Assembly: GCA_963691875.1 (NCBI GenBank)
Contig: OY829846.1
Location: 1,440,001-1,504,000, forward strand
Reading direction: 5' to 3'
Length of the DNA stretch: 64,000 nt
Source: Aureliella sp.
GTDB taxonomy: Bacteria; Planctomycetota; Planctomycetia; Pirellulales; Pirellulaceae
Both the position numbers and the translations under genes were made by a program. Positions within the stretch are counted from its first letter, which is position 1. The number at the start of each line of letters is the position of its first letter. Below, piece after piece: positions 19,036-29,945 of the stretch. The notes below the pieces were generated by a model that saw only the letters and a program-made list of their open reading frames with translations, was not told the origin of the DNA and searched no databases.

Positions 19036-21318
19036 CTAGGTCTCCTCAACAATGATGACATTGCCACGCACTTCAACAACTTGCACCGGCACGCCTTCGC
19101 TGATCAACTTACCCGCGCCGACAACTTGTACGATATCACGCCCGAACTGTGCTTTGCCTGATGGATTGAGACGTGTGACTGTCAAGCCGGATTGGCCCAA
19201 CAAATGGTCGCGATAAGCCAAGGACTCTCGTTCATCCAGGTCTTCGGCACTTTCTGGATTGAGTGCGATCAACCGGAACATCGGCAAGTGCTCCAAGTGC
19301 TTGTGCATGAATAGCAAGCTGATCATTCCTGCCAATGCCATGCATGCCGTCCAAAACAAGTTGGAGGCGACTTCGCCAAGTTCCGCAGAGGTGGTGGGCC
19401 AGATAAAAGTCTGGCTCGCCAGCACGACGGACACGAATAGCATCAAAAGTCCTGTGATCCCAAAGATGCCAAAACCCGGCACGACGAAAATCTCAAATGC
19501 CAGACAGAACAGTCCTCCTAAGAAGAGCAGGATCTCCAGCATTTCCACGTTGCCGTTAAAACCCTCAATCCAAAAGAATCCCAAGAAGCAAAGGCCGGAT
19601 AGCAAAGCACCCGCCCCCATGCCAGGACTTCCTAATTCCGCCATCAAAGCAAAGAAACCAATGGTAAGCAGCAGTCGTGGCAGCCAGCCCTGGGCCAACA
19701 AGGTCGCGACGATACCATCGATCCAAGGTGTATCGAGCTCTTTGAGCTGCTGGTCGACGCCCAAGTTGCTGAGTGCCTCTGACACAGATTTTGCAGAGCC
19801 ATCAACCAAGCGGTACTCGACCGCGATTTCTGAAGGAATCGCCTCACCGCCAGCAACCTTTTTGCGTGACTCCCAATTTGCTTTGTCCTTAAGGGCATCC
19901 ATTTCCCAATCTGCAAACAATTGTCTACGCCCATTATCTTGATTGACATACTGCTTTACGGTCACCTTCGCACTGAGCAGACTAGACATCAGTGAAACGG
20001 GGCGTTGCGTCATGGTATTCAAGAAATCGAGAAAACCCAAGACGCCTTCATCCAACTCGATAGCTTCGGAGGCTGGTGGACCAAGCGTTGCATCTCCGAT
20101 CAATACGCATTCTTGGCAAGCCGCAGCGATCAGCCCTGAAGCCCCCACTAAAGGTTCTTCAACAAGACCGAGCGTGTAGATTTTATCGTTGTTCAGATCC
20201 GCAAGGAAACCAGCCAACCTGGAGGCCGACTTGAAGTCACACTCCATCTGATTGAGCTTGAGCACCAACAGGTTGATCCCCTCACTGCTCACTTGTTCGT
20301 TAATCGCACGAATTATTTGATTCACTCGAGATGTTTCAAGTTTCTCACCCACAGTTAACGAGATGCCAGTCCACTCGCGTGGAAGTTGCCGCACTGTTCG
20401 CAAATTTCCACTCAGCCCCAATTGCCGGGCTAGTTCAGCCTCACTCGTGACGGTCGCTGCGATCAGAGAATACGGCCTTCGCAATTTCGCACCGGAATAG
20501 TCTGCAAGACTCCCACCAGGCCAGAACGTTTGTTCATCTAGTAGTTTGGCTGCGTCTTCGAGCTCTTGCTTCTTTTCGCGACCGACGAACATCTCCAGGT
20601 CTTCGGTCGTCTTAACCCAGTACACTTCGCGTTTGGAATCGAGCATGGAGAGCGCAATCGCTTGAGGAAGCGAGCCTCCATTGGCCATTGTCTCGTAGGC
20701 CGACTCAACGATTCGGTCGAACTGGCCATCACCTTCGGTAGCACGACCAATTCGAGCCTCGGGAGCCATGTACATATCTTCACAGGCAAGAATCGGGAGG
20801 ACGCCATGTCCAAAAACGTCGTTCGGTAAGTACGCGATGGTACGAACTTTTCTAGCGGCAGAATCCTTGCTGAGAAATCTCGCTAGTTGCAAGCAGCGTT
20901 CAAACTGGACGCCTTGCCCTTGATTACCTCGCTTGTTGGAATCGTCCGTTGCATCCAACGACTTTGCTTGGAAACGCAGGACGACAATCGCACGTTTTCC
21001 GCCCGCCGGCTGAGAACCGGAAATCTGCCTAATCTGCTGGACTACTGCATCGGCTCGATTTCCGACCAGCGGCAAGTCAACTTTGACGAGATAGCCTTTG
21101 CGTTCAGTTTTTGGGTTGGCTTCGGTATTGTCCTGAGCTGGACCAAGATTCGCGAGCATCAGAAAAACTGCGCCAATGCGTAAAAACAACTGTTTTCCCA
21201 GTGGCCCGGATTGTCTACCCCGAGCGAAAGCCCAAGCTGGTCGCTCGGCAATCGATTTGTGGAAAGCAATCATGGATCTTGCGGCTGTCATTGGGTTTTC
21301 GATTGAGGACTCGTCCAT
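19036..21318 (-). CDS. Long-form NfeD family protein (ClpP-like domains, TM bundle, C-terminal OB fold); start uncertain
   Basis: AELGSPGMG, LAFEIFVVPGFGIFGITG and LLGQSGLTVTRLNPSGKAQFG..GVPVQVVEVRGNVIIV. Confidence 0.85.
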   Translation of the reverse strand: MDESSIENPMTAARSMIAFHKSIAERPAWAFARGRQSGPLGKQLFLRIGAVFLMLANLGPAQDNTEANPKTERKGYLVKVDLPLVGNRADAVVQQIRQISGSQPAGGKRAIVVLRFQAKSLDATDDSNKRGNQGQGVQFERCLQLARFLSKDSAARKVRTIAYLPNDVFGHGVLPILACEDMYMAPEARIGRATEGDGQFDRIVESAYETMANGGSLPQAIALSMLDSKREVYWVKTTEDLEMFVGREKKQELEDAAKLLDEQTFWPGGSLADYSGAKLRRPYSLIAATVTSEAELARQLGLSGNLRTVRQLPREWTGISLTVGEKLETSRVNQIIRAINEQVSSEGINLLVLKLNQMECDFKSASRLAGFLADLNNDKIYTLGLVEEPLVGASGLIAAACQECVLIGDATLGPPASEAIELDEGVLGFLDFLNTMTQRPVSLMSSLLSAKVTVKQYVNQDNGRRQLFADWEMDALKDKANWESRKKVAGGEAIPSEIAVEYRLVDGSAKSVSEALSNLGVDQQLKELDTPWIDGIVATLLAQGWLPRLLLTIGFFALMAELGSPGMGAGALLSGLCFLGFFWIEGFNGNVEMLEILLFLGGLFCLAFEIFVVPGFGIFGITGLLMLFVSVVLASQTFIWPTTSAELGEVASNLFWTACMALAGMISLLFMHKHLEHLPMFRLIALNPESAEDLDERESLAYRDHLLGQSGLTVTRLNPSGKAQFGRDIVQVVGAGKLISEGVPVQVVEVRGNVIIVEET

Positions 21319-21632
21319 AAAAACTGCCTTGCCAGCGTTATCTTGCCAGGATCATCCATGTGGACTTTGTGCAAGACGCATCACTCCTCTCGCCATTCTA
21401 ACGTCTGTATCACAAGCGATGCCTAGCAGGCTGGCATGCCAGCGACGAAATACTGGGATGCAGTTCGTCCCAGCTCTTGATTCTTCGGCCAAAAAACCTT
21501 GCAGGTTGGGCGTCGAAATGCCGTGATTTTCAGCCGTTCTAAGTGTCCTGAGACGTCAAGCGTTATTCCGCTACCGCCTGCTATTGCCCTGGTGCCCGCG
21601 AGATATCCGCTTAACGGAGAGTGCTGCAGGAT

Positions 21633-22781
21633 TTAGCTGACTTCCAGCATGCGTTCCAGAGCAACCAAGGAATAGTACGATATCTCTTCATTAACCGTAA
21701 TCGAGTTGACTACATCACCTTCAACAAGATTCTCACATGCCCAAGCTAGATGTGCTAGATCGATTCGATACATCGTTGCACACATGCAGACCACCGGACT
21801 CAGGAAATAAATTTCTTGCTCCGGGTGCTCCTTTTTCAAACGGTTTACCAAGTGCAACTCGGTGCCAATGGCCCATTTGGTCCCAGCAGGAGAGTCTTCG
21901 ACCGTCTTGAGAATCTTTCCCGTCGAACCTGAGATATCGGCAATATCGTTGACTTCTTGAGGGCACTCGGGGTGCACCATGATCTTGATGCCTGGATTAT
22001 TCTTGCGAAATTGCTCCACATGTTCAGGACGAAACATTTGATGTACGCTGCAGTGCCCTTTCCAGAGCACTACTTTGCTTCCGGAGATAGCTTCATCAGT
22101 ATTGCCACCCAGATCCTCCTCGTAAGGATTCCACACCGGCATCTGGTCATTGGTGATCCCCATGGTCAGAGCCGTGTTACGCCCCAGGTGCTGATCCGGA
22201 AAGAAGAAGACGCGATCGCCTCTCTCGTACGCCCATTCCATCACCGCGGCGGCGTTGCTACTAGTGCAAACAATTCCTCCGTGCTTTCCGCAAAATGCCT
22301 TCAAGCTGGCCGCGGAATTAATGTAAGTAACGGGAATCATTTCCGAAGTGTCGATCACTTCGCCGAGCTGTTGCCAAGCTTCTTCGACTTGCCGAATTCC
22401 TGCCATATCGGCCATTGAGCAGCCGGCTGCCATGTCCGGCAGAATGACTTTGACACGCAGCCCTTCTCGCTCGACGAGCTTCTCGGGACGATTGGCCAGG
22501 ATGTCGGCCGTCTCAGCCATAAAGTGGACACCGCAAAAGATAATGTTGCGGCAGTCTTTGCTATTCGCCGCCATCTGGCTCAGCTGATAACTGTCACCTC
22601 GAAGATCTGCGTGCTCGATCACTTCATCCTGTTGGTAATGATGCCCCAGGATGAGCAGCTTCTCTCCAAGCTTTTCTCGAGCAGCAGTAATGCGAGCCGA
22701 AAGCTCCTCGTTGGCCAGCGACTTGTAATCGCTCAGCGGGAATTTCCCAGCTGAAGAAGGGAGGATAGGTGCAATGGCCAT
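21633..22781 (-). CDS. nadA: Quinolinate synthase
   Basis: ILGHHYQ, GDSYQLS, IFCGVHFMAETA, AGCSMADM, CTSSNA, HCSVH, HPEC and CATM. Confidence 0.96.
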   Translation of the reverse strand: MAIAPILPSSAGKFPLSDYKSLANEELSARITAAREKLGEKLLILGHHYQQDEVIEHADLRGDSYQLSQMAANSKDCRNIIFCGVHFMAETADILANRPEKLVEREGLRVKVILPDMAAGCSMADMAGIRQVEEAWQQLGEVIDTSEMIPVTYINSAASLKAFCGKHGGIVCTSSNAAAVMEWAYERGDRVFFFPDQHLGRNTALTMGITNDQMPVWNPYEEDLGGNTDEAISGSKVVLWKGHCSVHQMFRPEHVEQFRKNNPGIKIMVHPECPQEVNDIADISGSTGKILKTVEDSPAGTKWAIGTELHLVNRLKKEHPEQEIYFLSPVVCMCATMYRIDLAHLAWACENLVEGDVVNSITVNEEISYYSLVALERMLEVS

Positions 22782-22934
22782 GTGATTGAACGTGCTTTAG
22801 AGGACTTTTTATATCTAGGAATGCCACATTATCTCGACTTGGGCAAGGAAGAACAAGGCGAGCCCAGAGTCGATGTAGTTGACTTCGCCAGAAGTCCTTG
22901 TGCCTGTCTGCGGACGAGGAATTCTGGTAGCCCC

Positions 22935-23732
22935 CTACGAGCGAAGGTAGTCAGGCAGGTCAGGTTGTTGCCAGATACTCATGCCGCCGTCGACGAGCAG
23001 CGTCTGCCCCTGAACATGCTCAGCTTCGTCACTCAACAAAAACAACGCCGCCGACGCACAAGCCTCGGGCCCCGGAACGGATTGATTGGGAGTATGCAAC
23101 CTCATCCACTCCATTGCCTCCGGATCTTGGCTCAGAACCGGGGCCGTCAGTGGTGTGACAACCAACCCAGGAGCCATTGCATTTACACGAATCTTGTTCG
23201 GAGCCAGGGCAACACAAAGAGAGCGAACCATCGCGTGCACAGCACCCTTGCTACTGTCGTAAGCGGTATGGTCCGCTTCAGCCAATAACCCGTTGATCGA
23301 TCCGGTAAATAGCACGCGACCAGCTACTCCACTAGCAACCCACGTACGAGCAAACGCCTGTGTTAAAAAGTATCCCGCAAAAACGTTGAGCTGCATCGTG
23401 CGATCAAAGGTAGCTACATCCATCTCAAGGAACGGTTTGTCGCAGAATGTCCCTGCGTTATTCACCAGGATTGATACTTGCGACAGATCGGGTAACTGGG
23501 CGAGCAGCTGCGGAATGCACTGCTCAGACGGAAGCGATAAGTCCTGAAAGACAGCTTCGGCCTTAACGCCGTGGGTACGACAGCGTCCCAAAGATTCTTG
23601 GCAAATTTCGTCATCGGCAAGACCATGCAAGATGACGTCACAACCGACTTTGGCCAAACACTCCGCAATGGCGGCACCAACACCTTGGGTGCCCCCAGTA
23701 ATCAGTGCCTTGCGGCCATCCAGTCGCATCAT
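22935..23732 (-). CDS. SDR family oxidoreductase
   Basis: TGGTQGVG, VNNAG, YDSSK, IRVNAMAPG and GQTLLVDGG. Confidence 0.92.
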   Translation of the reverse strand: MMRLDGRKALITGGTQGVGAAIAECLAKVGCDVILHGLADDEICQESLGRCRTHGVKAEAVFQDLSLPSEQCIPQLLAQLPDLSQVSILVNNAGTFCDKPFLEMDVATFDRTMQLNVFAGYFLTQAFARTWVASGVAGRVLFTGSINGLLAEADHTAYDSSKGAVHAMVRSLCVALAPNKIRVNAMAPGLVVTPLTAPVLSQDPEAMEWMRLHTPNQSVPGPEACASAALFLLSDEAEHVQGQTLLVDGGMSIWQQPDLPDYLRS

Positions 23733-23741
23733 AACTTCGAC

Positions 23742-25529
23742 TTACGGAGTCTTCGTGACGTAAACAAAGTATGCACCGTGAATGGTGCCGTCGTCGCCAA
23801 TGAACTGAGTCGTCAACTTCGTCTTGCCCGCATTCAATTTGAGATCAAAATTAACTTCTTTAGAACTCGCGTCAATCGCTTTGGTGAAACGTTGATCGCC
23901 AATCGAAATAATGGCCTTTGTTGGATGAATAGCCGCCCCCGGTGTGACTCGAAAAGCCTTCTGCCCAGGGACTGCAGCTCCTGCAGGCAGCGAAGCATTG
24001 ATCGGCATATCAATTTCCTCAGGCCAGCGTCTCAGGCGAAAAGTATAGTGTCCGTCTTCGACAACTTCGACGTTCCAGAATCCAGTATTGCGATCACCAT
24101 TGGTCGCGCGACGCACGTGGCCTTGATTCCACGGAGTCGAACCGGTTGTGATCCAATCGTGCGAAGTCAGACGAGCAGGATTTTCTCCTGGATGCCCTAT
24201 ATAGATTGCCGTTGCGTTCGAGAAAGTCGGCAACAACTCTTCCCACCAAGCGTCATAAAAAGCGGTCAGGCGAGCAACTACTTCCGGATGTCCGCTGGCG
24301 ACATTGCTCTTTTGGCCAGGATCGGACGTCATGTCGTAGAGTTCTTTTCCGTTGACCAGTCGCCATTGCGAAGTCATCACAGCACTCTTCCGCCACTTTA
24401 TTGGATCCTTTACACGCTGCGAGTCCGTTACCAAAATCCGATCGGGCCAGTCAGCCGCTTTGCTCTCAAGCAAAGCTCGAATCGAAGTTCCATCGAACTT
24501 AACGCCTGCAGGCGATGAGATACCGCAGAGATCAATCAAAGTTGGCACAACGTCAACATGAGCCGTCAATGCCCTCACGTCACGCGCTTCGTCAAGTCCG
24601 CCAGCTGGCCAGCGTAGGAAGAGGGGAACGCGGTGGCCGCCATCGTACTCGGAGCCCTTCTGACCTCGCATCCCGGCATTGAAAACTTTGGAACCGGATG
24701 AAGTCCCGTTGTCCGTGGTGAAAATGAAAATGGTGTTCTCAGCCAAACCTTCCTTGGCTAGAAAGCTTCGCAAGTCACCGACGTTTTTGTCGATGTTTGC
24801 GATCATGCCATAGAAGTTAGCAACACCGACACCTTTGTCTGTGTAGGGCTGGCTAAACTCCTCAGGCGAATGCATCGGCCCGTGTGGAGCGTTGGTAGCT
24901 ATGTATGCCAAGAAGGGCTTGCCAGCTTCCTTCTGAGACTTAATGAATCGCTTGGCGTAGTCAAAAAAGACATCAGTACAGAAGCCTTTAACGGGCTCGG
25001 GTGTACCATTGTGCCAGTAGCTACCGTCGAAGTAGGCGTTGTCCCAGTAGTCTGGAGTTTGCCCAACGCCGCCACCGCCGTGCCGCATGACTTCAGTGTA
25101 ACCGCGATCTTCCGGACGAAACGGGTAGTTGTCACCCAAGTGCCATTTGCCAAACATGCCTGTTGCGTAACCGGCGTCTTTGAAGATTTGCCCCATCGTC
25201 ACTTCGTTCTTGCGAAGCATGCTGCGGCCCATAATCGTATGCCAGACACCGGTCCGATTCGTCCAGTGACCAGTCAGAAACGCGCTTCGAGTCGGAGAAC
25301 AGGTTGGTGAGACGTGATAGTCAGTCAGCCGCAATGACTCGTCATGCAGCGCATCTAAATTGGGAGTCCTCAGCACGGTGTTTCCGTGGCAAGACAGATC
25401 TCCGTAGCCTTGGTCGTCCGTAATGACGATCACCACATTGGGTTTTTCCGCCGCAAGTGAGGATGGCAAAAACAGGTTGCTGAATGCAATCGTTGCAAAC
25501 AGAAGAAGGGAAGAGACTGAGAGCTTCAT
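23742..25529 (-). CDS. Arylsulfatase
   Basis: PNVVIVITDDQGYGD, CSPTRSAFLTG, GKWHLG, TDNG and YDGGHRVP; signal peptide present. Confidence 0.95.
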   Translation of the reverse strand: MKLSVSSLLLFATIAFSNLFLPSSLAAEKPNVVIVITDDQGYGDLSCHGNTVLRTPNLDALHDESLRLTDYHVSPTCSPTRSAFLTGHWTNRTGVWHTIMGRSMLRKNEVTMGQIFKDAGYATGMFGKWHLGDNYPFRPEDRGYTEVMRHGGGGVGQTPDYWDNAYFDGSYWHNGTPEPVKGFCTDVFFDYAKRFIKSQKEAGKPFLAYIATNAPHGPMHSPEEFSQPYTDKGVGVANFYGMIANIDKNVGDLRSFLAKEGLAENTIFIFTTDNGTSSGSKVFNAGMRGQKGSEYDGGHRVPLFLRWPAGGLDEARDVRALTAHVDVVPTLIDLCGISSPAGVKFDGTSIRALLESKAADWPDRILVTDSQRVKDPIKWRKSAVMTSQWRLVNGKELYDMTSDPGQKSNVASGHPEVVARLTAFYDAWWEELLPTFSNATAIYIGHPGENPARLTSHDWITTGSTPWNQGHVRRATNGDRNTGFWNVEVVEDGHYTFRLRRWPEEIDMPINASLPAGAAVPGQKAFRVTPGAAIHPTKAIISIGDQRFTKAIDASSKEVNFDLKLNAGKTKLTTQFIGDDGTIHGAYFVYVTKTP

Positions 25530-25896
25530 GGCTTTGACTTAAGGGGATGGATTGAAGGGAGAGACATTCTAGATCATATCGCGGCTGTTTGCAGGAACCT
25601 CCCAGTTCACACTCAGGGCTAATCAAAGATTGATTCGAGGTAATTCGCTGGCAAGATAACTCACCTTCCCTTTCCAAGCGGGCCTACGCGTAGCGAGGAG
25701 TCGGGGAATTCTGGGAGGGTAGGGGCAACTAGCGGCTGCGAGGGATTCTCTCCCTATTTCAAACAGAGCCGCTTTAACATGGCTATGATAGTAATCTTCG
25801 TTAAGATGCCTTGAGCGTGCGTAGATTCACGTCGTCTTGTACTATCCCGACGCGGTTCGTTTCGATTCCTTTTCTCCCTCACGATGAGAACGCGTA

Positions 25897-27276
25897 GTGA
25901 AGATTCCCTCGATTTTGGTTTTCTGCTCGATTTTATTTCTCCCCCATCTCTCGTTTGCCCAAGACGAGCGGCGAACAGTCCTACCTGAAAATGCCTTGTC
26001 TGCTTATCTAGACAAGGCAGATGAGAGCTATCGCTGGGAGTTGCGTGAAGAATTGGAAGTGGGTGGATGCGATGTTCTTCGGCTACATATGACTTCGCAA
26101 ACGTGGCAGAACGTGCCTTGGCGACACATCATGTATGTGATTCGTCCGCAGCAGATAGATAAATCCCGAACAGATGGAGTTCTGTTGATCGGTGGTAGTC
26201 GCTGGCAAGCAGGTTGGCCGGACAACGGCCCCGCATCCGTTGAATTGCGTGGCGAGGCTCAATTGATGGCGGCGGTGGCCCAGCAATTTGGCTGTGTAAT
26301 CGGAGTGCTGCTGCAAGTTCCTTTTCAGCCAATGATGGGCGATAAGTACGAAGATGAGATTATCGCGGCCACTTTTGCTCAGTATCTCAAGACGGGCGAT
26401 CCTGAATGGCCTTTGCTTTTGCCGATGGTGAAATCGGCAGTGCGAGGCATGGATACCGTTGTTGCTGCCTCGCAAAAGCACTGGAAGCTGACCGTGAACG
26501 AGTTTACCGTGACGGGAGCTTCCAAACGCGGTTGGACAACTTGGCTCACTGGTGCATCGGACTCGAGAGCTACAGCCATAGCTCCGATCGTGATTGATAT
26601 GCTCAACATGAACGTCCAGATGAAGCATCAGCTTGCAGCTTGGGGCAAGTACTCCGAGCAGATTGGCGACTATACGGAATTAGACTTGCCCAAGTACTTG
26701 GACACGCCTCAAGGAAAAGAACTGCAAACAATCGTCGATCCGTTTTCCTATCGCAAGAGTCTCAAACAACCAAAGCTGTTGATCTTCGGTACAAACGATC
26801 GTTACTGGCCCGTGGACGCGTCCAGCCAATATTGGGAAGAGTTGGAAGGGCCAAAGTACATGCTGCAAGTTCCCAATCAGGGGCATAGTATCGACGACTA
26901 CGGACGCTTGATTGGGACGCTGGCCAGTTTGCACCGCAGCCTGCACGGTGACGAGAAGCTACCTGAGTTGAATTGGCAGTTCACGGAAACGGACAGTAAA
27001 GTCACTCTTCAGATTCGAGCCAACGGCCCGGTCGACAAGGTATCGGTCTGGAAGGCTGACAGATCGGATCGCGATTTTCGCGAGGCAAAATGGAGCAAGC
27101 ATCCCACCAAACGCATCGCCGACGACCTGTTTGAATACGAATTCGCCAGGCCAGCGAGTGGCAATGTCGCCATTTTCGGCGAAGTCCTGACTCGCAGCAA
27201 ATTCATGCCCGGATTCTTTTCCACCACCGTCGGCGTCTTTTCTGCCAAAGAATCATCAGAAGCGGACAAGCCCTAA
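25897..27276 (+). CDS. PqaA-type (PhoPQ-activated pathogenicity-related) alpha/beta hydrolase, exported
   Basis: MTSQTW, VPFQP, EDEIIA, WPLLLPMVKSAVRGMD, VTGASKRGWTTWL, IVDPFSY, GTNDRYW and PNQGH. Confidence 0.85.
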   Translation: MKIPSILVFCSILFLPHLSFAQDERRTVLPENALSAYLDKADESYRWELREELEVGGCDVLRLHMTSQTWQNVPWRHIMYVIRPQQIDKSRTDGVLLIGGSRWQAGWPDNGPASVELRGEAQLMAAVAQQFGCVIGVLLQVPFQPMMGDKYEDEIIAATFAQYLKTGDPEWPLLLPMVKSAVRGMDTVVAASQKHWKLTVNEFTVTGASKRGWTTWLTGASDSRATAIAPIVIDMLNMNVQMKHQLAAWGKYSEQIGDYTELDLPKYLDTPQGKELQTIVDPFSYRKSLKQPKLLIFGTNDRYWPVDASSQYWEELEGPKYMLQVPNQGHSIDDYGRLIGTLASLHRSLHGDEKLPELNWQFTETDSKVTLQIRANGPVDKVSVWKADRSDRDFREAKWSKHPTKRIADDLFEYEFARPASGNVAIFGEVLTRSKFMPGFFSTTVGVFSAKESSEADKP

Positions 27277-27363
27277 GACCACTTTGATTGCGCACGAATG
27301 GATCCATCGGGGTAAATGAAATACATCTACTGCTCTTTCTAGTTTCACAGATAGATGTACCTT

Positions 27364-28658
27364 CGACCTACTGTTTAAAACTGGTCATGCATTATTTAGA
27401 TTTCAGAGCATTTTTGCGAGGATGTCTATATGAGTTCCAAGCGACGTAAACGGCACACGCCAGAGAACATTGTCAAGAAGCTTCGAGACGCTGAAGCGAT
27501 GCTTTATCTCCCGTAAGAACGAAGCATCCGTCCTTAAAACGCGCGGAATTAGCCAAGCAACCTTCGACCGCTGGCAGACGCAATACAGAGGGATGCAGGC
27601 AGAAGAAGCTAAACGCCTGAAAGAGGTCGAAGACGAGAAACGCCCATTGAATTAACTGGTAGCGAACAAAGAATTGGATATCCAGACGCTTAAGCGCATC
27701 GCAGAGTGAAACTGGCGTGCCCTTCGCGTCGTCGACAAGCCGTTGAGCAATTGCAAGATGCTTAATTGGGATCGGAGCGAAAGGCTTGCAAGGTCATTGG
27801 CCGAGCGCGCGGTAGCCAATGCTACTAAGCAAGTTCAAGTTACGACAAGCGGCCCGTGGTAGCACGCATGCTTGAGCTTGTTCAGAAGTTTCCTCGTTAC
27901 GGCAACCGTCGGTTCGCAGATTTGTTACGGCGAGAGCGTTGGTATGCGAGCGACACACGCGCGTATCGTTTTTGGCGTCGAGAAGGCCTCAAAGTACCAC
28001 AGAAGAAGCGAAAGCAGAGACTTATGGGAGTCATAAGTGCTAACGATTGCCATCTCACACACGCCGAACACCTCAATCATGTTTGGGGCTGGGACTTTGC
28101 CTTCGACGGCAAGGCCAACGGCACTACTTTGACGTTATTTTCTGTGATCGACGAGTACACACGAGAGAGTTTGGCCTTAGAAGTGGAACACAATTTCACG
28201 AGCGCCGACGTCGTTGACACACTTGCTGAGCTCCTTGCAATGCGGGGTGTTCCGCAAAACATTCGCTGCGACAACGGCCCTGACTTCATTGCAAACGTAC
28301 TGCGAGGCTGGCGTGAGCAGCTCGGTGTTACGACACCGTACATCGAGCCTGGTAGTGTATGGAAAACGGTTATGCCGAGAGTTTCTTCAGCCACTTTTGA
28401 GACGACTTCCTCACGACAGAGGAGTTCGAGTCCCTGGTCGACGCTCGCATGCCAACCAAGGCCTGGCAGCACAAAAACAACTATTACCGTCGACACAGCT
28501 CGCTCGAATATTGGACATCGAGCGAGTTCGCGACTTACTGCACTGCTTTCGAGAAGGCTACGCCTTCTCGGAAGCGGCACACCGAACCAACTTTTGTCTT
28601 ACCACTTACCCTAAGCCAGATCCTCATAACACCTGGTACAGAAAACTAAGACTGGTCA
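27364..28658 (+). mobile_element. Degenerate IS3-family insertion sequence (orfA/orfB disrupted)
   Basis: orfA from 27430 reads KRHTPENIVKKLRDAE..ISQATFDRW..EAKRLKEVE with stops and a frameshift. orfB reads PRYGNRR, NHVWGWDF, SVIDEYTRESLA, IRCDNGPDF and YIEPGS.W. The right end is ..GGTACAGAAAACTAAGACTGGTCA; the left end is only weakly recognisable near 27364. Length is about 1.3 kb. Confidence 0.85.
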
Positions 28659-28888
28659 GCGGCGCAACGATTGCGATTCATGCATATGTCGCAGATTGCG
28701 ATTCGGTCACAGCTGGAATGAAAGATCTCGGAGCTTCTGTCCTTCTTGAGCCTACCGATAATTTCTGTGATGAAAGATTCTCTCTTGTGAAAGACCCGTT
28801 TTGGCAACGGTGGGGACTGGAAACATTATCGCGGGAAATGACACCTAGGGGGATTGAAAAGGCAGCTCCTAAGTTGCTGCGCGATTGA
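28659..28888 (+). pseudogene. C-terminal half of a VOC/PhnB-like protein truncated by the IS
   Basis: IAIHAYVADCDSV....DLGASVLLEPTDNFCDERFSLVKDPFWQRW begins right at the IS end. Confidence 0.7.
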
Positions 28889-29153
28889 ATAGTCGCCGTT
28901 TCGTCTCCTACGAGACTTTCTCCGCCCCCCCGCACTCGGGCTCAGGACCGTTATCAACCGAATAGCTGTCTTCTACCGAACGTGGTTCGTATGGTTCTTC
29001 TACCGTTTACTGTCGTCGCCTGATACCTCGACGAGCCATAAATCTGTGTTGACTCGGGCTCTGGTGGAGTAGTACATCCACACCCAACTTTTTTCGTGTG
29101 GAAATCACGAACAAGTGGTTTTGCCCAGCCTTCCTAAAGCCCCGGATTGCCCA

Positions 29154-29942
29154 ATGGCGTCAGTACCTGCCACTCCTCTTTCCTCTGACAAGTCAAACAG
29201 CACGATCAAGACGGGCGAATACGCCGAGCGTGGCGACTACCACCGCGTATTAGACAAAAACTGGAAATACTATCCGGTTTACGTCGAGAAAATGAGACTC
29301 GTACGAGACTATCTTGACGGTTGCTCTGCTGATGAGCGGATCGCCGATTTAGGATGCGGAGAAGGCTTGTTGACGGAGGAATACCAGGGCAAGGGATACG
29401 ACATCTTTGGCTTGGACTTCAATTTTGAATCCAAGTTCGTCATGCGAGGCGACATCACCAACCTGGATTTCGACACAGATTCTCTGGACCGAGTCTTGTC
29501 GCTGGATGTAATCGAGCACCTAGATTTTGAGCAGCAAGTGTCGGCGATCAACGAAATGTATCGGGTACTAAAGCCTGGCGGCCATGCCATGCTTTCGATT
29601 CCGAATCTCGCGCACTTCGCTTCACGCTGTACATTTGCAGGACTCGGCAAGCTCATTCGTACTTCAACCATCGACCGTCACAAGGGCGATCGACCAATCG
29701 GTGAATACGTTGACCTTTGCAAGCAAGCAGGATTCCGAGTCCTCTCGCGACGCGGCGTGTTCCCGACTTTGCCGTTGCTTTCAATCGCGACTTATCTTGC
29801 ACCATCTCGAGTCATCGCGATGCACAGGCTCTACAACACCGTAGTACGAATCCCTGGTATTTGCTTCTTAAATTTGATCGAAATGCGAAAAGACCAAAGC
29901 AGTTCAGCGGCTCCGCCAAGTTCGAATCAAAAAGCTGCCTAG
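29154..29942 (+). CDS. Class I SAM-dependent methyltransferase
   Basis: IADLGCGEG, LDVIEHL and EMYRVLKPGG..SIPN. Confidence 0.9.
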   Translation: MASVPATPLSSDKSNSTIKTGEYAERGDYHRVLDKNWKYYPVYVEKMRLVRDYLDGCSADERIADLGCGEGLLTEEYQGKGYDIFGLDFNFESKFVMRGDITNLDFDTDSLDRVLSLDVIEHLDFEQQVSAINEMYRVLKPGGHAMLSIPNLAHFASRCTFAGLGKLIRTSTIDRHKGDRPIGEYVDLCKQAGFRVLSRRGVFPTLPLLSIATYLAPSRVIAMHRLYNTVVRIPGICFLNLIEMRKDQSSSAAPPSSNQKAA

Positions 29943-29945
29943 CGG

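Noticed and set aside
23571..24518. Long antisense ORFs (315 aa here; also 45410-46204, 37998-38702, 19259-19942)
   Set aside because: These are shadow frames opposite well-supported genes.
28420..28440. GTTCGAGTCC resembling a tRNA T-loop
   Set aside because: It lies within IS3 orfB coding sequence and forms no cloverleaf.
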